Virus record (IMG/VR): IMGVR_UViG_2671180631_000001
Direction: 5' to 3' (one strand)
DNA length: 7,580 bases
DNA from: a virus
Lineage: Duplodnaviria > Heunggongvirae > Uroviricota > Caudoviricetes
The position numbers and the translations under genes are program-made. The number at the start of each line of letters is the position of its first letter. Position 1 is the first letter of the stretch. Below, one piece after another: positions 1-5,751 of this stretch. Below the pieces are notes generated by a model. It did no database searches. It worked only from the letters and a program-made list of their open reading frames with translations, and was not told the origin of the DNA.

Positions 1-34
1 CTCCAATGACTAGTCTAAAAACTAGTATTAAGAC

Positions 35-54
35 TATCACTTATTTAAGTGATA
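35..54. repeat. Perfect 9-bp inverted repeat TATCACTTA-tt-TAAGTGATA (operator-like 20-bp dyad) in AT-rich sequence upstream of the endolysin
   Basis: Read directly: 35-43 tatcactta, 44-45 tt, 46-54 taagtgata; the right arm is the exact reverse complement of the left arm. The existence of the repeat is certain, its function is unknown. Confidence 0.6.
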
Positions 55-108
55 CTGGTTGTCTGGAGATTCAGGGGGCCAGTCTAGTAAGGCTGCGAGA
101 GGTGAATA

Positions 109-500
109 ATGTCGCCATCATTACGCAAGGCTGTTGCAGTTGCTATTGGTGGCGGGGCTGTTGCTATAGCATCTGTGTTAATCACTGGCCCAGGTGGTAA
201 CGATGGTCTGGAAGGTGTCAGCTACATACTATACAAAGATATCATTGGTGTATGGACTGTATGTCACGGACACACCGGAAAAGACATCATGCCTGGTAAA
301 ACGTATACCGAAGCAGAATGCAAAGCTCTCCTGAATAAAGACCTTGCCACTGTCGCCAGACAAATTAACCCGTACATCAAAGTCGATATACCGGAAACAA
401 CGCGCGGCGCTCTTTACTCGTTCGTTTACAACGTGGGCGCTGGCAATTTCAGAACATCGACGCTTCTTCGCAAAATAAACCAGGGCTATATCAAAGGCGC
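109..500 (+). CDS. SAR endolysin (phage lysozyme, P21 R-like), 3' end lost in the N-gap
   Basis: ATG at 109 in a TAATG stop/start overlap. N-terminal Gly/Ala-rich weakly hydrophobic segment ([18 protein letters not shown]) typical of a signal-arrest-release domain, followed by a T4-lysozyme-like catalytic region (GLEGVSY...[16 protein letters not shown]). The frame runs straight into the N run at 501, so about 35 C-terminal codons are missing if the full length is ~165 aa as in P21 R. Confidence 0.9.
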
Positions 501-551
501 NNNNNNNNNNNNNNNNNNNNNNNNNNNNNNNNNNNNNNNNNNNNNNNNNNN
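501..551. other. Assembly gap or masked segment (51 N)
   Basis: Uninterrupted run of n at 501-551. Flanking gene content shows the true missing length is much larger than 51 bp (see findings). Confidence 0.95.
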
Positions 552-734
552 AAATGCCCTGTGCCATCCTCAGCCGAAACCTCCAGCGCCTCCGGCATGG
601 GCAATGATGCCACCGTCGAACTCTCTCCAGTTGCTGGACGAAACGTTCTCGGTATCCGGGACGGAATCATCAGCGACCAGACAGCATTGAGAATGCTTCA
701 GGAGTACATCAGGATCCAATGCCTTGGGGGGTAG
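552..734 (+). CDS. Rz-like i-spanin, C-terminal 60 codons only (5' part lies in the gap)
   Basis: The frame starting at 552 translates to KCPVPSSAETSSASGMGNDATVELSPVAGRNVLGIRDGIISDQTALRMLQEYIRIQCLGG, ending at TAG 732-734. This matches the pattern of the lambda Rz C-terminus as I recall it (…ASGVDNAASPRLADTAERDYFTLRERLITMQKQLEGTQKYINEQCR), including the penultimate conserved Cys. Confidence 0.8.
   Translation, partial: KCPVPSSAETSSASGMGNDATVELSPVAGRNVLGIRDGIISDQTALRMLQEYIRIQCLGG
553..690 (+). CDS. Rz1-like o-spanin (proline-rich lipoprotein), 3' part, embedded in the +1 frame of Rz
   Basis: The frame starting at 553 gives NALCHPQPKPPAPPAWAMMPPSNSLQLLDETFSVSGTESSATRQH, ending at TGA 688-690. 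CxxxPKPPAPPAW matches the lambda Rz1 core (QCVKPPPPPAW). It lies wholly inside the Rz frame, the classic embedded-spanin architecture. Start codon and lipobox are in the gap. Confidence 0.8.
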   Translation, partial: NALCHPQPKPPAPPAWAMMPPSNSLQLLDETFSVSGTESSATRQH

Positions 735-822
735 CGGTAATTTTACTCATTATCCTTCAAATCAGATTCTGTTGTCAGAGGAATGGGGGAAGCTGGATTC
801 GCAAGAGCTTTTTATGGGCAGT

Positions 823-1335
823 TTAGCTAAAAAAAGGCAACACGAAGCTAAAACTACCAACATAAAGTGCTGACCAGCTAGCAGCTGAAATCAGACTCAC
901 TGTATACACTTTCACTGGATGAAGTTGCAACATTCCTGCCACCAAAGGAGCAATATAACGCAGCACGGCGATAAAGCGCGAAGTGAAAAGTATTGACACA
1001 GAGTTATTTTGCAACTGAAGGCGAACCCGTTCTATTGTATTGGAACGGCTTGATATTATACATGCAAGTTGAGGGATATGCCCAATTATTATACCAAGAT
1101 GGTAATTAACGATAGTACCGCACCATGCGCCACTCATGACCGTGATTCCAGCTTCCCATGGTGAAAGAGTCGTCTTGCTGACTGTAATTACAGTGGCCAT
1201 CATAATTGATGCTGGTGGCAATATCGCCGAAATGAGTAAAGTGGATTTTGTGAACGCTATTATAAAAAGAAGCCCCCATAGGCGATATGGATGAAGTACA
1301 AAATAGTTCATCAAAGCATTTATCCACTCCATCAA
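823..1335 (-). CDS. DedA/YqaA-like (COG1238-type) polytopic inner-membrane protein; AT-rich cargo (moron) gene
   Basis: 170-codon minus-strand ORF with stop TAA (reverse complement of 823-825). TTG at 1335 is immediately followed by ATG at 1332, with AAGGAAAG 7-10 nt upstream. The product is hydrophobic with a YqaA-like pattern (ILPPAS...SPWEAGI...GAWCGTIVNYHLGIIIG...). Sampled 60-nt blocks are about 35-45% GC against about 55% in the phage structural genes. Family assignment is from recalled similarity, not a search. Confidence 0.6.
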   Translation of the reverse strand: MMEWINALMNYFVLHPYRLWGLLFIIAFTKSTLLISAILPPASIMMATVITVSKTTLSPWEAGITVMSGAWCGTIVNYHLGIIIGHIPQLACIISSRSNTIERVRLQLQNNSVSILFTSRFIAVLRYIAPLVAGMLQLHPVKVYTVSLISAASWSALYVGSFSFVLPFFS

Positions 1336-1529
1336 TGTCTTTCCTTCTGTGAATTTTTCTTTGCTATTTAACCGTGATACGACTTAATTTAGGCTTAAAC
1401 ACCTTACATTTACAAGGTACTCCTGTGGGGGGCCCTGCCACGGAGCGTCGCAGGAGTGAGTGATGAGGAAGAATTAAAGCAACCTATTGTGACAGGCAGC
1501 GATAACAGTAAATCACAGGAAGCATAATC

Positions 1530-2294
1530 ATGGCAAAACCGGACTGGGAGGCCATCGAATCGGCATACCGGGCCGGAGTCCTTAGCCTCCGTGATATAGG
1601 CGAGAAATACGGCGTTACAGAAGGGGCTATCAGGAAGAGGGCCAAAAAGCTTGGTTGGGCACGCAGTGGCGGTACGCAGGTTTGCAAAAATGGTACGCAA
1701 AAAAGGAAAGTGCGTACCAGCAGAAAGCCTGCCATTACTGGCCTTACACAAAAAAGTACGCAACTAAAAACAGAATCTACACCGGATACGAAACCGATAC
1801 GCGGAATGCGTACCGATCCCCCGACTAACCCATTCCAACCCGGTAACCAGCAGGCATTAAAACACGGTGGTTATGCCCGTCGCCTTCTGCTCAAAGATGA
1901 GGTGATAGAGGACGCTAAAGCGTTGACGCTCGAGGACGAATTATTTCGCCTTCGTGCTAACAACCTTGTCGCTGCAGAGAATATTGGTCGGTGGTTGGTG
2001 TCGCTGGAAGATGCTAATGGGGACCAGGAAAGGAAGATGCTGATTGAAAATATCAGCGCCGCCGAGAAAGCAATGATGCGCAATACAGTTCGTATTGAGT
2101 CCATCGTTGGCACGCTTGCGACGGTAGGAAAAATATTTGCTGATACAGCCTACCGCAAGGCCGCCACTGATAAGGTGTCTCTGGAGGCTGATCGTCTTCG
2201 CCGTGATGCAGGTATTGATGATGGCAATGGAGAGCGTGACCTCAATGACTTCTACTCTGACATCCAAACCGACGCTGAATCCGGCTTTACGTAG
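1530..2294 (+). CDS. Terminase small subunit (TerS) with N-terminal helix-turn-helix
   Basis: ATG at 1530 with AGGA 9 nt upstream; 254 codons; stop TAG 2292-2294. N-terminal HTH-like segment (SLRDIGEKYGVTEGAIRKRAKKLGW) followed by a basic/Thr-rich linker. Lies immediately upstream of the large terminase subunit. Confidence 0.8.
   Translation: MAKPDWEAIESAYRAGVLSLRDIGEKYGVTEGAIRKRAKKLGWARSGGTQVCKNGTQKRKVRTSRKPAITGLTQKSTQLKTESTPDTKPIRGMRTDPPTNPFQPGNQQALKHGGYARRLLLKDEVIEDAKALTLEDELFRLRANNLVAAENIGRWLVSLEDANGDQERKMLIENISAAEKAMMRNTVRIESIVGTLATVGKIFADTAYRKAATDKVSLEADRLRRDAGIDDGNGERDLNDFYSDIQTDAESGFT
1671..1814. repeat. Cluster of five GGTACGCA / TGCGTACC copies with flanking A-tracts inside terS (candidate pac or TerS recognition site)
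   Basis: GGTACGCA at 1671-1678 and 1692-1699; reverse complement TGCGTACC at 1711-1718 and 1807-1814; GTACGCA at 1756-1762. A5-6 tracts at 1686-1690, 1699-1704, 1750-1755 and 1766-1770. Copies in both orientations argue for a DNA-level rather than peptide-level constraint. Confidence 0.5.
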
Positions 2295-3648
2295 TTTCTG
2301 GACTATGCGGGCACGTAACAAAGTGCTTTATGGTGGTCGGTCATCGTCAAAATCATGGGATGCCGCTGGCATTGCCATATTTCTGTCGAATAAATACACC
2401 CTGCGTTTTTGTTGTGCCCGTCAGATCCAGAATAAAATCGAAGAGTCGGTGTATACCCTGCTCAAAATTCAGATAGACAGGTTTGGTCTGCGGCACCGTT
2501 TCCGTATTCTGAACAACAAAATCATTAACCGGGTTACTGGCTCGGAATTTGTTTTTTATGGATTATGGCGCAACATCGAAGAAATTAAGTCACTGGAGGG
2601 GATCGATGTGTTGTGGCTGGAAGAAGCCCACGCACTGACGGAATACCAGTGGAAAATTCTGGAGCCAACGATCCGTAAAGAGGGTTCGGAATGCTGGTTC
2701 ATATTCAACCCCGGACTTGTTACTGATTTCGTCTGGCGCAACTTCGTTGTTGATCCGCCCGAAGGCACTCTCATCCGCAAAATTAACTATGACGAAAATC
2801 CGTTTCTGTCTGACACCATGCTTAAGGTTATCGACGCGGCGCGACGCCGTGATCCGGATGGTTTTAAACATGTGTATGAGGGCGTTCCGGAGTCTGATGA
2901 TGATGCGGCAATCATCAAACTGTCTTGGATAGAAGCCGCAGTGGATGCGCACAAAACGTTAAATTTCGAACCCAGTGGAAGAAAGCGTATTGGCTTTGAC
3001 GTGGCTGACAGTGGTACAGATAAGTGCGCTAACGTTTACCGTCACGGATCCGTTGTTTTCTGGGCCGACGAATGGAAGGCCAAAGAAGATGAATTACTGA
3101 AGAGCTGCCAGCGTACTTATCAGGCGGCGCTGGAGCGTGAAGCAGATATTGTTTACGACTCTATCGGTGTTGGTGCGTCTGCCGGTGCTAAATTCTCTGA
3201 AATTAACGCTGACCGGAAGAGCGAGAACGCATACGCGCGACGTGTGAATTACCAGAGGTTTAACGCCGGTGCTGGTGTGCATGAGCCAGATGACGAGTAC
3301 AACGGCATCCCCAACAAAGACTTTTTCGCAAATCTTAAGGCTCAGGCATGGTGGCTGGTGGCTGACCGTTTCAGAAATACGTTTAACGCCATTAACAACG
3401 GAGAACAGTATCCTGTGGATGAGCTGATCAGCATAGATTCTCGTTGTCCGTTGCTTGAAAAGCTGAAACTGGAACTGACAACACCTCATCGTGATTTCGA
3501 CCGTAACGGACGTGTGATGGTCGAAAGTAAAAAAGACCTCGCAAAACGCGAGATACCGTCACCAAACGTTGCTGATGCATTCATTATGGCCTTCGCGCCA
3601 ATCGATACATCGCTGGATATCTGGGAACAGCTGGGGAGACAGGCCTGA
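2245..3648 (+). CDS. Terminase large subunit (TerL), PBSX-type ATPase plus nuclease
   Basis: Open frame from 2137 to TGA 3646-3648. Walker A-like YGGRSSSKS, Walker B-like IDVLWLEEAH, and C-terminal nuclease acidic motifs (FDVADSG, IVYDSIG, NVADAFIMA). The start is ambiguous: ATG 2245 (GGAGAG 10 nt upstream, overlaps the terS 3' end) is chosen here; alternatives are ATG 2218/2221/2227 or ATG 2305 (11 nt after the terS stop, no clear SD). Confidence 0.9.
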   Translation: MTSTLTSKPTLNPALRSFWTMRARNKVLYGGRSSSKSWDAAGIAIFLSNKYTLRFCCARQIQNKIEESVYTLLKIQIDRFGLRHRFRILNNKIINRVTGSEFVFYGLWRNIEEIKSLEGIDVLWLEEAHALTEYQWKILEPTIRKEGSECWFIFNPGLVTDFVWRNFVVDPPEGTLIRKINYDENPFLSDTMLKVIDAARRRDPDGFKHVYEGVPESDDDAAIIKLSWIEAAVDAHKTLNFEPSGRKRIGFDVADSGTDKCANVYRHGSVVFWADEWKAKEDELLKSCQRTYQAALEREADIVYDSIGVGASAGAKFSEINADRKSENAYARRVNYQRFNAGAGVHEPDDEYNGIPNKDFFANLKAQAWWLVADRFRNTFNAINNGEQYPVDELISIDSRCPLLEKLKLELTTPHRDFDRNGRVMVESKKDLAKREIPSPNVADAFIMAFAPIDTSLDIWEQLGRQA

Positions 3649-5114
3649 TGGCACGAAACAAACAAGCCCTGCGGCGAACTGTGCAGGCCACAGCTGATGG
3701 TTATGAGAATTTTATTGCCCGCGTAGGGATGCAGACACCTAACCAGCACTCAGCATCCACCTACCGGGCTAATTTCACCAGTCGTAACCGCATGCTGGTG
3801 GAATGGTCCTATCGTTCATCCTAGATCATCGGCGAAGCAGTCGATGCTATCCCGGATGATATGACCCGCAAAGGCATTCGCATCACTTCGGAAATTGATG
3901 CAAAAGATCGTGGCATTCTCGAATCACAACTGGATGAGTTGCAAATCTGGGATGCGCTGAATGACGTGCTGAAATGGTCGCGCCTCTACGGCGGCGCGGT
4001 GGGTTTCATCATGATTGAGGGGTAGGCACCAATGACCCCGCTGCGACCCGAAACCATCGGTAAGGGCAAGTTTAAGGGGATTCTCCCGCTCGACCGCTGG
4101 ATGGTCGACCCGGCACTGACCCGCCGCATTAAAGATATGGGGCCGGACCTGGGTAAACCTGAGTTTTACGATGTGGTGACCACAGCAACGGGAATTCCTG
4201 CCTGGCGCATTCATCACAGTCGCCTGATTCGCTTTGATGGCGTCACGTTGCCATTTCAGCAGAAGATGACCGAGAACGAATGGGGAATGTCGGTTGTAGA
4301 GCGTATCTGGGATCGTCTTACCGCGTTCGACAGCGCTACTGTCGGCGCGGCGCAGCTGGTCTACAAGGCGCATTTGCGTACCTACAGCGTGGAGAAGCTA
4401 CGCGAGCTTATCGCACTTGGTGGTCCTGCGTATGAAGCGTTGCTGAAGAATATCGACCTGATTCGACAGTTCCAGAGTAATGAAGGCATGACGCTCATGG
4501 ACTCGCGGGATAAGTTTGAAACCCATCAGTACAGCTTCAGTGGTCTGGATGACATCCTTTCGCAGTTTGTAGAACAGATTAGTGGCGCTGTTGGTATCCC
4601 ACTGGTGCGGTTGTTCGGACAGTCCCCGAAAGGATTTTCTACCGGTGATGCAGACCTTGCCAACTATTACGATCGCATCAGTTCGTTGCAGGAGAGGCGT
4701 TTACGTCTTCCGGTGCGGCGGATACTGGACATCATGCATCGTTCGGAACTTGGCAAGCCGCTGCCGGACGATTTCACGTTTGAGTTTAACCCGCTCTGGC
4801 AAATGTCTGATGTCGATCGCTCAACGGTGGCGTTAAACACCACCAACGCAATCAGTACGGCGCTGGGTGATGGTCTGATGACACTGAAAGCCGCTATGAC
4901 TGATTTGCGAGAAAATTCTGACGTAACCGGCATCGGGGCATCCATTACCGACGAGGACATCGAGAATGCCGAAGATGAAGCGCCGCCCGGCATCGGCGAA
5001 CCTGATGACGAACCGCAGGAGCCGTCAGGCGGAAATCCGGTATCGAACCAGCCTACGCAGGATAGCGAGGGCGGTCGGAGACATCGTAAATGGTCGCTAC
5101 GATGGTTCAAATGA
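3648..5114 (+). pseudogene. Portal protein gene interrupted by two in-frame TAG codons (3822-3824 and 4023-4025); longest intact segment is 4032-5114
   Basis: ATG 3648 overlaps the TerL stop (TGATG). One frame runs 489 codons to TGA 5112-5114 except for TAG at codons 59 and 126. The translation across both stops reads as one protein (…NRMLVEWSYRSS*IIGEAVDAIPDDMTRKGIRI…GGAVGFIMIEG*APMTPLRPETIGKGKFKGILPLDRWMVDP…), with an acidic C-terminal tail typical of portals. Confidence 0.8.
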
Positions 5115-5748
5115 CAGTATCACGGAAATTATTGCGGCGCTGGAGCGTTACAGTGAAATCATCACCCCCTGGGCGACAAAGGTCGCGGAAAACTTTACTG
5201 CGGACCTAACCCGGCAGAACGAGAAAGTTTGGCGGCAACACAGCAAGAACATCAGTCGCGAGCTCCGCAATCTTGTGGAAAGCGCTCCTGTGGGCCAGGT
5301 GATGCAATCCATCATCGCCGAACAGGTCAAGTACATCAAATCTCTGCCTCTCGAGGCCGCAGACAGGGTGTACGACATCCAGAACAAAGCGATAGAGGCT
5401 GTTGTCACCGGTGGTCGGGCGGAGCAGTTTGCTAAAGAGATTGCATCTACCGGCGATGTTGCTAAGTCTAGGGCCGATCTGATTGCCCGAACGGAACTGG
5501 GAAGAGCAACGGGCGCGCTGGATATGGCCCGAGCGATAGCTATTGGCTCGGATGGTTATATTTGGCGTACAGCCGATGATGGCGATGTCCGAGATTCCCA
5601 CGATCACATGAAAGGTAAATTCGTCCGCTGGGATTCACCTCCAACTTTGGACGGCATGACCGGCCACGCGGGCGAGCTGCCAAACTGCCGCTGCTATAAA
5701 GAGATCGTGTTTGTTCGCGTTCCATTCGCAATGAAAAGGGCAGCATAA
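4966..5748 (+). CDS. Head morphogenesis protein, Mu F / SPP1 gp7-like minor head protein
   Basis: ATG 4966 with GAGGA 8 nt upstream; 260 codons; stop TAA 5746-5748. Conserved Mu-F-type motif YIWRTADDGDVRDSHDHMKGKFVRWDSPP. The 5' end overlaps the portal 3' end by 149 nt in another frame. Confidence 0.85.
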   Translation: MPKMKRRPASANLMTNRRSRQAEIRYRTSLRRIARAVGDIVNGRYDGSNDSITEIIAALERYSEIITPWATKVAENFTADLTRQNEKVWRQHSKNISRELRNLVESAPVGQVMQSIIAEQVKYIKSLPLEAADRVYDIQNKAIEAVVTGGRAEQFAKEIASTGDVAKSRADLIARTELGRATGALDMARAIAIGSDGYIWRTADDGDVRDSHDHMKGKFVRWDSPPTLDGMTGHAGELPNCRCYKEIVFVRVPFAMKRAA

Positions 5749-5751
5749 CCC

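Noticed and set aside
6-200. 64-aa + strand ORF overlapping the endolysin start
   Set aside because: Out of frame with the endolysin, no hydrophobic segment (not a holin), no RBS. Looks like a spurious overlapping frame.
229-567. Reverse-strand ORF across the gap
   Set aside because: Antisense to the endolysin and dependent on translating N as X.
109-690. Single 193-aa ORF spanning the N run
   Set aside because: Artefact of the 51-N gap being a multiple of three. Pre-gap sequence is endolysin; post-gap sequence in that frame is Rz1.
786-815. Possible intrinsic terminator after Rz (AAGCT-11 nt-AGCTT followed by TTTTTAT)
   Set aside because: Stem is only 5-6 bp with an 11-nt loop. Too weak to call from sequence alone.
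735-822. Tiny + strand ORFs in the Rz-to-moron intergenic region
   Set aside because: Fewer than 20 codons, no RBS, no recognisable content.
1106-1327. 73-aa reverse-strand ORF inside the DedA-like gene
   Set aside because: Alternative frame fully nested in the longer, membrane-protein-like ORF.
1410-2321. Reverse-strand ORFs 1410-1763, 1484-1735, 1871-2113 and 1941-2321
   Set aside because: All are antisense to terS, which has clear translation signals and an HTH motif. Not credited as genes.
2556-3749. ORFs antisense to or nested in TerL (2556-2780, 2590-2952, 2717-2932, 3094-3489, 3486-3749)
   Set aside because: Nested in or antisense to a strongly supported ATPase/nuclease ORF.
3822-4025. 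Stop-codon reassignment (TAG read as sense) as the explanation for the portal TAGs
   Set aside because: TAG appears to be used as a genuine stop by terS (2292-2294) and Rz (732-734), and the background is enterobacterial (IS1, lambdoid lysis genes), where the standard code applies. Nonsense mutation, suppression or sequencing error is more parsimonious. It cannot be fully excluded, since both of those genes would be extended by only a few codons to a TAA.
3924-4373. 149-aa reverse-strand ORF across the second amber site of the portal
   Set aside because: Antisense to a continuous portal frame with no start signals. The portal interpretation explains the region better.
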